The notes: a model not told the origin generated them from the sequence alone. DNA of 64,000 nt from the human T2T-CHM13v2.0 reference genome, Homo sapiens (GCF_009914755.1 NC_060932.1); one strand, 5' to 3'. Counted from the stretch's first letter, positions 28,334-42,277 are shown. Program-made: numbers and translations.

Positions 28334-28630
28334 TATTAAGCACCTCCCAGGAGGTAGGTGCTATGCAGTCACTGGAAATACTGCGGTGAACAAAATTAAG
28401 TCCCGTCTCTCATTGAACTTCCTTTCTAGAATTTTAAGAGACAGACCATAAGCAAGTAAACATATACATCTATAACAATGATAGGTGATGTCAACTACAG
28501 AAAAGAAAACTAAAGCAGAGTAGAGCATCAATCAAAAGAGAGACTCTACACAAGGTATGCAGGGAAGACCTCTCCAATAAGACTATATCTGAGCAGAAAC
28601 CTAAATGCAGGGAGGAAGCAAGCTATTTAA
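28305..28630 (-). mobile_element. L2 3'-end fragment
   Basis: TTCATTTATTT..TATTTATTAAGCACCT..CTGGAAATACTGCGGTGAACAAAA. Confidence 0.65.
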
Positions 28631-28779
28631 ATGCCCTGCTCAAAATTGCTCATTACTTCTTCATGGCCCACTTCAGTCTATGTTCCGCATCTCTTATGAA
28701 ATGTTCCAAAACTTTCCTTATGCTTTAACCAAGCTCAACGGTGCACTCTGATTTTTCTGTTCTGTATTTTCCCATACTA

Positions 28780-29240
28780 CAGATGCTCCTCAACTTATGA
28801 TGGAGCTATGTCCTGACGAACCCATAGAAAGTTGAAAATATTATAAGTTGAAAATGCATTTAGAAACATCTAACCTATTGAACACCATGCTTGGCTTAGC
28901 CTACCTTAAACATGCTCAGAACACTTACCTTACCCTATAGTTGGGCAAAATTATCTAGCACAAAGCCCATTTTATAAAACATGTTGAGTAGTTCATGTAA
29001 TTTTTTTGAATAGTACACTGTAGAATACAAGATCAATTGTTTACCCTCACGATCATGTGACTGAACTGGGAGCTGCAGCTCAATCCCACTGCCCAGCCTC
29101 ACAAGAAGGTATCATACTGCATATCACTAACCCAGAAAAATATCAAAAGTCAAAGTACGGTTTCTGCTGCAAGTAATCACTTTTGTACCATCATAAAGTT
29201 GAAAAATCATAATGAAGCCATCATAGTCGAGAACTGTCTG
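28780..29240 (+). mobile_element. Tigger5/MER47-type TcMar non-autonomous DNA transposon
   Basis: TA-CAGATGCTCCTCAACTTATGATGG..CCATCATAGTCGAGAACTGTCTG-TA: degenerate TIRs and a TA TSD. Confidence 0.85.
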
Positions 29241-29944
29241 TAGTCTCTTTCTCTGGAATACCGTTCCTGTCCTTCAAGATCCAACTTCAACACCTGCTCT
29301 TTTCCTGATCCATTCAGTTCTGGGCTTCTGACTTTCTGAAATTTCCTCTTCTCTTGGCTTTCACAACATACCACTCTCCTGGTTTTCTTTCTTTCACTTT
29401 TTTCTTTTTTTTATCATTACCTTGCTAAACTTACTTATTTGTTCTAAGAAACTTTTTTATGTTGTTTGAGTTTTTCACTTAGACAATCATACCATCTGTG
29501 AATACAGTTTTCTTTCTTCTTGATATGCATGTGTTTTATTTATTGTTCTTGCCTTATTGCATTGGCTAGAACATGCAATATAGTGTCGAATTAGTGTGTG
29601 CAAGGTGGACATCTTTGTCTTTTCCCTGACTTCAGGAAAAAAGCATTCTGTGCCTTAGCATTAAATATGATATTCACTGGGAGTTTTTTCATAATAGCTG
29701 TTTATCAGGTTAATGAGGTTCCTTTCTATCTATAGAGAGGTTTTTTTTTGCTAAGTAGTTTTATACATATTATTTATTTTAATACTAATAACCCTATGAA
29801 GTAAGTACCACTATAATTTTCATTTTGTAAGCAAATGAACTTGCACACAGAAAATTTAAATAACTTTCCCCAAACCAGGTATATGTGCAGCCAGGATTTA
29901 AACCTAGGGAGGTTAATTCCAGAGCCTATGTTCTTTTTAAAAAC

Positions 29945-30200
29945 ATTTATTTTTATTTTTAAATTTATTTTTTTAATATATATTTATCATTACATGTTGC
30001 ATTGATGTATGTATACATTGTGGAATGGCTAAATAGAGCTATTTAACCTATAGATTACCTCATATACTTATCATTTTTTTGATGAGAATACCCAAAATCT
30101 ACTTTCTTGGCAATTTTCAAGGATACAATACCTTGTTATTAACTACAGTCACCATGCCGTACAGTAGAGCTATTGAACTCATTCCTCTTGTCTAACTGAA
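29945..30200 (-). mobile_element. L1MA-like 3' end fragment
   Basis: ATACATTGTGGAATGGCTAAAT..AAAATCTACTTTCTTGGCAATTTTCAA..TCTAACTGAA. Confidence 0.75.
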
Positions 30201-30349
30201 CTCCTGGTTTTCTTTCTACCTCTCAGGCAGTCCTGCTTCCTGTTTCTCCCCACACTGGCTCCCTAGAAAATCTCATCCACTCCATGGTTTAAAATATCCA
30301 TGTGCAAGAAATCCAAAATGTATGGGTCCTGTCCAGATTCCTTTTCTGA

Positions 30350-30681
<332 letters not shown>

Positions 30682-31219
30682 CACTTTACATCTTTAATTG
30701 AATTTCCCCAAAACTTAAATCTCTACAGTTTAAGTCTTGAGTGGATTTTTTTTGTCTTTTTGTTTGTTTTCATTTATCATGAGTGTTGATTTTTGTCAAA
30801 TGTCTTTTCCCTGTCTGTTGAGATAACCATATGGTTTTTTCCCTTTATCCTATTAACATGTTTTAACTGATTGATTTTTATATGTTAAAATAACCTTATA
30901 TTCCTTGGATAAATCCCACTTGGTTATGGGATAGTACCTTTTATATGTTACTGGATTCAGTTTGTTAGTATTTTATTGAGGGTTTTTTTGCAGCTATATT
31001 CATAAGAGATATTGGTCTGTAATTTCTCCCTCCTCCCCAGCTTTACTGAGGTATAGTTGACAAATAACAATTGTACATATTCAAAGGGTACAATGTGATG
31101 ATTTGATACACATATATATTGTAAAATCATGGCCTCAACCAAATGAACTAACACATTAATCACCACACATATCTACCATTTGTGTGTGTGTGTGTGTGGT
31201 GAGGACATACAGTTTGAGA

Positions 31220-31475
<256 letters not shown>

Positions 31476-31479
31476 TGGC

Positions 31480-31787
31480 CATGAGTGTAGATCACTCATG
31501 AATGGCTTGGTGCCTTCAAAAATGAGTGCATTCTCACTCTAATAGTTCCCAAGAGAATGCCCCAAGTGCTGGTTGTTAAAAAGAGCCTGGAAGCTCTCTC
31601 CTCTCTCTCTCTCTTGCTTCCTGTCTCACCATGTGATCTCTGCACACATCAACTTCCTTATCAGAAGTAGATGTTGGCACAATGGTTCTTGAGCAGCCTG
31701 GAAAGCCAGGAGCCAAATAAACCTCTTGTCTTTATAAATTACCCAGCCTCAGGTATTCCTTTATAGCAACACAAATGGACTAAGACA
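31480..31787 (+). mobile_element. MaLR LTR (MSTB/MSTD-like), partial
   Basis: Ends ATAAATTACCCAGCCTCAGGTATTCCTTTATAGCAACACAAATGGACTAAGACA. Confidence 0.8.
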
Positions 31788-31930
31788 GATGGTTTTTGAC
31801 TATAACAGCTTAAAATCTTTCCTTTATTCAAACCTATCATCTCTTCCTTTAAAAAAAATCTTTGCATTAAAGCTTGGAAAGTCCTTCTGCATCTCAATGA
31901 CCCATAGTGTTTACCTATATTTTCTTCTAG

Positions 31931-32252
<322 letters not shown>

Positions 32253-32511
32253 TCATCTATTTAATTTTAAAAATATATTAGAAATGTTTTTGATGTATGA
32301 AGGAAGATATGGTTAGCCAATTACTCCAGCATCATTTATTAAATAGTCTATTATTTCCTAAACAGACTGAAACTGATATTTTTTATCCTATACCAAAATA
32401 TCAGATACAATAGAGTCTATATTTTTCTTTTCATTCTCTTTTGTGTAACTCTAGAATCTTATATGGTAAGTCCTCACCACTATTTTCCTTTTCCAAAATG
32501 CTTTTCTTTGC

Positions 32512-32812
32512 TTTCTTTTTTTTTTTTTTGAGACAGAGTCTCACTTTGTTGCCCAGGCTGGAGTGCAATGGCAGGATCTCGGCTCACTGCAACCTCCGCC
32601 TCCTGGGTTCAAGTAATTCTCCTTGCCTCAGTCTCCTGAGTAGCTGGGATTACAGGCACTTGCCGCCACACCCAGCTAATTTTTGTATTTTTAGTAGAGA
32701 CAGGGTTTTACCATGTTGGCCAGGCTGGTCTCAAACTCCTGACATCTGGTGATCTGCCTGCCTTGGCCTCCCAAAGTGCTGGGATTACAGGTGTGAGCCA
32801 CCGCACCCGGCC
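32512..32812 (-). mobile_element. Alu (AluSx/Sq-like)
   Basis: Full reverse Alu; TSD CAAAATGYTTTT. Confidence 0.92.
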
Positions 32813-33044
32813 TCAAAATGTTTTTTATCAGTCTCAAGTGTTTGTTCTTCTAGATGAATTTTAGAAACATTTTTGCCAAGTTAAAAATATTTTGGTAGGT
32901 CTTTGATAGTATTGTACTACATTTATCATTTATTTCTTGTAGAATAAACATATTTGAATATTGATATCAATATTGATATTTAGAATTCACATTTTCACTT
33001 AACATCAAGAAGCAGGTTTCATAGTATAGCATTTTACCCACACA

Positions 33045-33507
33045 ACAGGTGAATTCCGTCTCCTGGCCAGTATCAACTCAATGACCACAACCAAGGAGGA
33101 TTTAGCAAGGGGATTTTATTACTTGTAACAAGTAAGAATAGTTCCCAAAGCAGTGTCTCCCCAAGCAGGGGTTGGGGCAGGTGTTATAAGCATAGGGTAA
33201 TGAGTGATGATCTGATTGGATTTTGTAATGAGGTGATGCTAGGAGGAGTGATCTGATTGGTTCCTGCCATGAGGTGACACCAGAGCTCAATCTGATTGGA
33301 TCCTGGATCCTGCCATATGGTGTCTGCTTCTTAATTCAGTCCCTGCTTCTCCGTCTAAGCCCTTAGGTTCCACCAGTGGCTGCATACTTGGTTCATCTGG
33401 GCATGCTCAGGTAATATGACCTTCAACCTGGGGGTCCATGGCAACTGAAAAACAACTCACAATATTGCTACGTAAAAGTTGAACCAGATTGGTGTGATGC
33501 AGTTACA
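33045..33507 (-). mobile_element. ERVL solo LTR (LTR47-like)
   Basis: The minus strand begins TGTAACTGCATCACACCAATCTGGTTCAACTTTT and carries three CCAATCAGAT boxes, a TATA-like motif and AATAAA. Confidence 0.7.
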
Positions 33508-34914
33508 ACACAAAGAAGAAGACCGACATGAATACTTGACTCCTGTAGCTTCTGGTATCCTCATCCTCCCAGATCCTGACATTAGGCTGAACATCTGTGC
33601 TGGATTTAGAGGTGGTGTATTCTCACCTTTTAAGTAATGGATATTTTAGTGAAAAGGTGGTATCAGGGCCTGCTGTCTAGATGCCATTTTTAGGAAGAAG
33701 TGTCAGAAAGTTTTTAAGACTGCAAGGAAAGAGAACACTCTCAGGGGGTTGATACCAACAGGGGTGGAAGTCAAAATGAGGACAAAGTGAGGCCCTGAGC
33801 GTCAGAGATCAAGGCCAAGAGGGCATAGCAGAGGGAATCCAGTTCCAGACAGGCTTGCAGGTATGGATATTCTATTATTTCCTGGGAGGAAACACTGGGA
33901 GGATTCCCCAGGAGACTGGGGATGTGGTTCTGGAAGGCCAGAGTGATAGTGCATGGGAAAGGCAGGTCTCACTGGAATCCATGAGTTATTATGTCAATAA
34001 AGGACTCATCTCCACAACTGGGGGGAGGTCAGCACTATAGTAATATAGGAGGAAAAAAGTTTAAAAAATTAAATTAAAAAAAAAAAAACTGGGGGCAATG
34101 CCAGTGCCCAGGGATGGACAGCAGCCAGGAAAGGTGTAGGGAAACTCCAGGCATCCCCAGGACCAGGTCTCGGAGACTTGGATTTGGTCCTAAGTGCTAC
34201 CGAAGCCCAAAGTGCTCACCCTATAGGTAACCAGAATCAATGCAGACCAAGGAACATGTAGCATTTTAACTCAAGCCAAGTGACTGCTCTGTGGCTGCAA
34301 ATCACATTAGTGGATGGTGGGGAGCTACTTGTAGGGCTTCTGCCTTTGAATCCATGGTAATATGGAAGCAGAGACTTAGGAGTTTTCAGCACAGAGGTCT
34401 ACTATCTGCAGAGTAAACACTAATAACACTTCTGAGAGAAATGTAAAATCTTTGTTATTTGTTTAAACTCAAGCATCCTGTGGCTGGATTTACGATATAT
34501 GAAGAGGCTCTTGCTCACATTGTAATGAGTCTTACAAAGTGCCTGGGATCAAAATATAGGTGATCTGTAATTACCCAAAGTATCATTTTCCCTACTGTGA
34601 GCCACAGATGACAGGATGGAGGTAATAAAGTTCCAAGGATTGCATTTTCCCTCTGGACACTGTGGAAATGTCTCATCATGCATTCTGTGAGACCAGGACA
34701 AAGGCCTCAAAAAGAATTTTTTTTTTTTTAAACAACTCTTTTTTTTCTGATTATAAAAGTTATATATGCCTATTGTAAGAAGACATGGAACTGTAGAGAA
34801 GAAAATAAATATTACAGTTTTAACAATTTTTTACTCTAAAATAATAACAGTTCATTCTGGTAGGTTTTAAAAAAATGCACAAACATTATAATCAGAGACA
34901 TATACATCGCTGGG

Positions 34915-35018
34915 TCTATCCATCTATCATCTCTATCTATCTAATCTATCATCTATCTATCTGATCTATCATCTATCAACTATCTATCTATCATCTCTAT
35001 CTAATCTATCATCTATCT
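34915..35018. repeat. Compound (TATC)n/(ATCT)n microsatellite
   Basis: Interrupted TATC repeats. Confidence 0.9.
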
Positions 35019-37004
35019 GTGTGAGACATTTTCACTTAACATCATATCAAAAGTATTTTTTTAAAAGCGTCAGGGGGCTACTTAGAACTTGAATTCTACA
35101 GCGTTGAATTGAATTACATAGGGTCTCCTACAGATACTTGGATAATACTAAACTAATTTCACCACTGTGACCATGGAAAGTGGTAATAAACCCAGATATG
35201 TCACTGGCATGCCAAGAAAGTGGCCCCCAGAAATGAATGATGGATAGCCATTGTCTCAGTGCATCTGGAAATAATCTTCTGAGCCTAAAAATAATGGGTC
35301 ACATTAGCTAAGGCAGAACAGTTATTTGGCTAAATTAAGCTTCAGCTACTATCAAGAGACTCATTCCAAAATGGGATTTTTTTAAGTAATAATAATAGTA
35401 CCTTATTAATTATTTATAAAGTAATTATATTTGAGCCCCTGCTGTTGCCATTCATCCAAATGATATCAAAACTGAGGGTGAGGGAAGAAGGAGGGGACAG
35501 ATATCATATTCACATTTTTCCATCAAAGGTAGTATTTTTCCTAGGCTGAAAATACTGAGGGTGGTTCTCAGCAAAGGATGTAACCCAGGATTTTTATATG
35601 TTTACATGGATGTGTTTCGTACAGATGGTGTTCCATTGCATGTACTCTGCCATATTTTCTGACATTTTATGGGGCAAAGTAAATGGGATGAAGGCAAGAA
35701 AACCTCAGTGCCTCTAATCACAGGACTATATTAGTTAGGACTTCCATGACTGCAGACAGCCAGTGATGTGTGCTATAGGTGAAACTGCTGTTTACTTCTT
35801 CTCAGAAGAGACTCAGGACAAAGAAAACATACGATGCCCAAACAAGCCCACTAAATGAAGATTTCATCAGCCCTCTTGTCTAAAGACCCCAGTATTAAAA
35901 CTCTGGAACACATAAATACCGCACTGAGGCACAAACCAACAAAAGACCAGGCAGCCAGCTTTCTGTGACACAGAAATAAGGCCCTGGAGTCAGAAGTTGG
36001 TTTCAGTGTCACACAAATACAAACATCTAATAAAAACTAAGTGAGTGATCATGATGGATTCCTTTGGATGCTTTTAAATTTACTGGCTGTGGGGGATTGG
36101 GGATGAGTGAAGCGGTGGCTTGGGGTTGGTTTAAAAGCCTCACATCTAGTGTAGAAAATTCAAGTTAAATCTTGCTGCCCAAGGAGATCACTATTAACAT
36201 ATCGGCATATTTCCTTCCAGACCCGTCAATGCATATGTATATGTTTATATAAAATTTTGTCTACACTGGTTTCATGCTCTGTGTAATATTATATCTTGCT
36301 TTTAAATCTGATGTTATACTTTAAAATCATATTTTCAAGTAATTAAACATCCCATGACTCATTTGAAAGGCTGTTTAATACTCTTTCATATGAATCATAG
36401 TGTATTTAATGTGTCTCATCATGTCGACTGTGCAGATAGATTCCAGGTTTCTTATTAATATAAATTATATGGCCACAAATATCCCTATACACAAATGTTT
36501 GTCCCACATTGTACTATTACTTTAAGATATATCCCTAGACCTTATTTTTTTTTAGTGTCTATGAACAATTTTTAAGCTTATACTCCCTCCAGCACAGTAC
36601 AAAGGCTTCTAGTTCCCCCCCATCCTCACTAATGTTGAGCATAATGAATATTTACATCTTCGTTATATGATAGCATATATTATTGCTGCTTTAACCTATT
36701 TATTGAACAGTTCATCTGATTACTAGTGAGCTAAATAATTTTTTTTTAAATTTCTTGGCCATTGTAGTTTCCTTTTGGAAATTGAGTTTGTGTGTCCTTT
36801 CTCTTCTTCTCTTTTGGATTTTTAGTTTAAATTCTATCAATTTCTAATCAAATGTTTCTCCATCATATTTATGATGAAAAACTAACTTTTAAATGGGTGA
36901 GTATTTTCCCCTTTTTCATTTATTTTACTGCTTTCACATACAGAAGAATTGCGTCATGCTGAGATAAGATACATCTCTGCGGTTACTTACCTCTCTCTCT
37001 TTAC

Positions 37005-37009
<5 letters not shown>

Positions 37010-37048
<39 letters not shown>
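37010..37048. repeat. (CA)19 microsatellite
   Basis: Pure CA run. Confidence 0.95.
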
Positions 37049-37052
<4 letters not shown>

Positions 37053-40000
37053 GAATCTAATGTTATTTTGTATTACTTTTGCTTTGCTGTTTAACATCTA
37101 GAAGTTGCTATTTTCAAATGAGCTGACTCAGTTTCCCACCCTGAAGAAAGCTGTTAGAAATATCTTCCTCTCTCTTATTTCTGTACTTAGTGGAATCATT
37201 CACACCCCCCTCCCCTGCCTGTGTGTGCGCATGCACACTTCTAGATTCCTCCCTGCTGGTAGCTTCCAGCAGCCAGCAGATATAGTAATTGTATTAAACC
37301 ATCTGGGGACAATTTAATACAATGCAGGATTCAGCCATCTCTTCTTTTGTGTGCTTGGTTGAAGATCTGATAGAAGAGATCATTTTTATTCTGGAGAACT
37401 AAGAGATTAAGGAAATTTCAATTATTCTAAATTTACAACTAGTCTTCCAAGAGAATTTCCCCCAACCCCTCCCCCGCCACCAAAAAAATCCAGATTTAAG
37501 TTTCAAGAATGTTTATGTATTGAAATCCTGTCTTAACTAGTACACTACTGTGTGATCTTTCACGAGGAACCATGTCACCCCTTTAAGCTTTGGTTTCCTC
37601 ATTTATAAATCTCAACAATAATTCCTACTTTACTTTACTGCCATGATGTTGAAATGAGATAATATTTCCAATGCAGCACCTCAATAAATAGTTGCTCGAT
37701 AATGTGTATTGAGTTTTAATCTAAGGGAGAGTAAATAAAAGTAATGGCAACTACAAAACTTTAAATTCTAGCCTGGCAAAATTAAAGGTCTTTATTTTTT
37801 AGCATATTTTAAGATCATTCCCTAGAGTGTAATTTATTGCCCGTGACTGGCACAAGAACTGGGGAGACTGGAATGGAATGTTTGCCAAATGATTTGACAA
37901 CTTTTGAAGAAGAAAATTCTTAGAACAATAAAGTCCAGTCAAAAATCAGAATACAAGCAGGAAACCTGGTCTCCTCCCTCCTAGGTTTGGGGTCACTTGC
38001 CACAGAAAAATAATAAAGACTAGGATTTATCAAAGGCCAACCCTACACTTGACCCTGTGCTAAGCAGGCAGGATCTCTTTTCATCCTCCCACTAGTCTGT
38101 GTGAAGCCAGTACTCTTAGAAACACTCTATCACAGAGGAAAAGAAAGTCTTGCCCAAATCACACAACTAGTAACTGATAAGTGTGGGGGTTCTTTCACCC
38201 CAGTCTGATGCTGGTGCTCCTGCTTTTAGCACACAAATTCAGCTGTGCAAGCTGGAGGAGTGTATGGGCCATGTAAGAACTTGTGATCAGACATGAGCAC
38301 CCCTTCCGAACTTGCCTGGCCTCCCATGAGGTGCTCCTCAGTGGGATTGTTTCCAACGTGTTCGGGAAAGAATTGCTGCTTCCCAAATACCTTCTCCATT
38401 TCCTCTTAGGATTCAGAATGCTTTATATTCTAGACTCCAAGCTTTTTTCATTTCAAACTCAGATATGTCTTAAAATGTCACTGTCCCGGTGGAGTTCCTA
38501 TTTCAAGGCACGTTCCCATTAAAGTCTAAGTGATGGATATCAGATCCTTTCTTAAGGAAAGGTTTGGCTGTGTAAGAGGAAGAGGATGTGGGGAAGTAAG
38601 AACCAGGATCAGAGAGGCCAGAGAATTCAAAAAATAAAAAATGTTGAGAATTTCACAAGCTTGCTCTGAAGTGCCCTGATAAAAATGTATAATTTTTTAG
38701 ATGCATTGGAACCAAATTGGCAATTTGCTGCATAAGAATTAATAGGAAAGAGAAAACCTACTTCTACCTTATTTGAATGCTTTTTATTTTCCCTCTTAAT
38801 TAAGGGTTAGAGTATACAAAATCCTTCATTAAAATCTTTTGTTTCTTGAAATTGGCATTTTTACTAAAAAATGGAAGTATATAGAAAAAAGAATTTTGTT
38901 ATTTGAATATTCCCTCCTCTTTTGTGTGCTACCCCTGGTGTCACATAATTTTTATCCCGTAACATTTTCTCTGGAAACTTTCACGATGGAGTACATTGAG
39001 CCCCTCATTCTATGTTTAAAAACACAAAATCATCAAATGGCTTTTATATTTAACCACATCTCTAGCCAAAAGCAAATCTGAACAACCTTACTGGCTGTAT
39101 TATACATTAAACTTGGTTTATATGTTTTCCTCCTCCCATAATCTTACCTAGGCAATAGAAATGAATTATGATTAGGCATTATTAGAATTAGGGTAAAATT
39201 TAAGATATCTTTCCGGAGCAAATACGTTGTTTTAGCCAGAGGGAAGATATTACAAGACCCAACGGGACTGGAGGAAGTGATGAGCATGGCTAAACATCTA
39301 TGAATTATTGGCATGGTGGCTTTATGCTGATCATTTTAATAGAAAAGAAAAACTAAGCAGTGGTCAGGGAACCCATATTTCTTAAATTATGCACATGCCT
39401 TTCCTAGTCCCTTTTGGATTTCATAAAGCTGGATGGCTGACAGAAGCTTAGCATTATTGCCTATAAAACTCTGACTCGTTTCAAAAATATAAAAGCACAC
39501 TGAGGACTAGACAAATTGCTGCGGAAAAAGTCTGCATTAAAATTCAGGACTCGAAACCCAAATGCCATTTTCCTGGCCTGCCTACTGCAGCTGCCTTGCA
39601 CAGCCCCCACTTTCCACATCTCCTAGGCGCAGCAATTGCATTTGTTCTGACAAGGAGGCCTCTTAGCTTAGCTCACCTCCTTAACACTGACAAGTGACGA
39701 CCTGCAGCCAGCTCATTTATGAAGAGAGCTTTTAGATGGATTAAAATGTCACACACTCGGACAGTTTAAATTGAAAGCTAGGGGTGTTTTCCTGAGTGTG
39801 AAGCTCCCTACTGCTTAATGAGCCCCCACTCCTCCACTCCACGGGGCAATGGCAAGAGGGGAGACAAAATGACTGAAGGGTCATAAACAATACATCTCAG
39901 CATATTCTATGAGCAATACATCTCAGCTGCTGTCTGAGCGGCACACAGACCTACCCTAAGAACTGCTCTGTGTCTGTCTTCCAGCCAGACTGCACATTAG

Positions 40001-40251
40001 GCAGGACGCTGTCTCCCACATCCTCTTGCCTTCCTGCCTCTCGGCCTACCTGCTACCCCACACTGCCCCCATGTGCCAAGTGGATCGCAAAAGATGGCAC
40101 TGTGGCAATATTTTTCACTACCCACTTCTCCATGCAACTCTTTCCTTCCTCGAGGCATTTCCAGATGATTAACTTACTAACCTGTAATACTAAAAGAATT
40201 CACACTGAAATATCAATGCATTAGGGCATCAATCCTCCCAAAGGGGTGTAG

Positions 40252-40253
<2 letters not shown>

Positions 40254-40295
<42 letters not shown>
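40254..40295. repeat. (GT)21 microsatellite
   Basis: Pure GT run. Confidence 0.95.
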
Positions 40296-40297
<2 letters not shown>

Positions 40298-41771
40298 GTA
40301 GGTAATAAGAGAGTATCCCAGGCCATAATAGGAAACAGAAGCATTGAACAGAAGCGAAGGCACAGCACGGAGAACTAGGAGCCTTGCATTCTAAGCTTGA
40401 ACAAGCCCCTTAGCATCTCCAGGTCTCAGTTTCCCACTTGGGAAATGAGACAGCTGAACCAGTCCACAGGTGGGGTCTTCAGGCATATTTCAGGCTAATG
40501 AGAGGAGTCATAGAAGCAAGGGGTCCTTCCTGTGTACAGTACCTTTGTCATGACGATGTAGCATTGGTAAATGACATGCATGGCTGCTTCTGACACGGAC
40601 ACTGTATATATTCTGGTGGGGTCCGATTTGCAGCTTGACTGTGTTTTCCTCAAATAGCACATCTGTTAATCAGAACTGCAGCAGGAGAAAGACACCGACG
40701 TGCCTCGGACTTGTGCCAGGGAAAGTCCACAGAGAGACCTGAGGTTGGTTGGGCCATTAACAGGTTACAGCCCAAATTCCTCTTCTCCCCTGCCAGAGAC
40801 ATTATCTCATCGGCAGAGTTCGCCAGAGGCTGAAGTTATATCTCATTAAGAGTCTCCTAAGCACTGAGACTCTGCACTGTCACTGACACCTATTTAGTTT
40901 ATAGTTCTGCTATGTCATTAGGCAACCTTTTCCTAGGGACACAGGAAAGAAGAGGCTACAATTAATTCAAGGCGGAAAGGAACAAAAAGAATGATAGAAC
41001 CACAGACTGTCCACGTTGGTGTCAGAAAAGGAAAGATCCAAACTTCTATTCTAAAAGAGACCCTAAAAGTATGGGTTGTAAAGGGAATTCCTGGTGCATG
41101 TGAGAATGAATGGATGAATGAATGACCCTTTCTTGGCCGGGCATAGAATGAAGGGGGCAATTCAAAGCATTAGAAGACAAGAGGGAATCTTGGAACCTGG
41201 TACCCCACCCTAAGAAAAATAAAACAAGTTGAAGAATTAGCGAGAATGTGAATCTGGATAGATATCTTCAAATAAATCCTTGGTGGTCCCTGGGGGTAAA
41301 TATTTAAGCAAGCTGGGCTAGAAAGTGGCATAATTTAGAAGGAAGCAAGTGGCCCTTATTTATATATAACATTTTTAATTATCTGGCTGACTGATAAGAC
41401 TTTCAGCCGACAACTAAATAACGAGAAACAGCTACACGTCTCCAGGGCCTTTCTTCTGGAAAAACTTTTCTGGTCCCCTCTTCCCTGAACTGGTGCAGGC
41501 GTGCAAAGAAAGCTCCGTGCCACGCCCGGCAGCCTCCATTCTTTGGTAGAACGCAGCGCAGCAATAGCCGCCAAGTCCCCTCCTGGGTACAGTACAGCTC
41601 CACAGCGCCCCTGCTGGTGGCTTGGGAAGGGCGCGCAAGCAGAGAAAGCAAGTGTCAGAGCCGGGACTGGCCTCCCAGGGCATCGCCTACAGCTTGTGCT
41701 CTGAGAGTCGGGGTCATCATAGCTGCGCTCTTCGATGGACACTAAATGCGGGACATCTGTTTTACACTCAC

Positions 41772-41960
41772 CCTCCCTCCCCGCGTGGCAGGAGACCTAC
41801 ACTCTCCCGCTATGCGCGCTCCGCGGCAGCTGCCGCTGCACCATTCATTCTCTCCTGCAGAAGTTCAATATTGCTGCAAATATCGAGAAAAAAAAAAAAA
41901 GCGCTGAGAGGGGGAGGGAGGGAGGGAGGAAGGGAGGGACAGCGAGCCAGCGGCCACTGC
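41772..41960 (-). other. Candidate alternative first exon in the CpG island
   Basis: Minus-strand donors AGG|GTGAGT (41772/41771) and AGT|GTAGGT (41801/41800) lie downstream of promoter motifs. The 5' end is a guess. Confidence 0.4.
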
Positions 41961-42277
41961 AAAGGGGCGAAGGGCAGTCCCGCGGTCAGTAAGGGCCACT
42001 GAACTTTCTGCCCACCGGTCATCCGGAGCTGAGGACTGGGACATGGTGGGGTGCGTCGGCGAGGGTCCCCTGACCCTGCACAAACCCAGGGGTGTGGTGT
42101 GGATGACCCGGGAAGCCGCACCCAGAGCTGGCGGTATGTCAGGCCATAGAGAAAAAGGGATGTTCCTAGGCTAAAGGAGACATCGGGGCTGGGGATGACA
42201 TCCCAAAACTCCCAGCGCCGGGGAGCTCAGGCTCGGGCGGTGCCTGGCTCCCCTCCCCGGTTCCCGCCGCAGGAGGC

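Noticed and set aside
41601-41620. CTCF-like CAGCGCCCCTGCTGG
   Set aside because: It is one C short of the core spacing, which breaks the alignment; it fits a ZIC-type motif at best.
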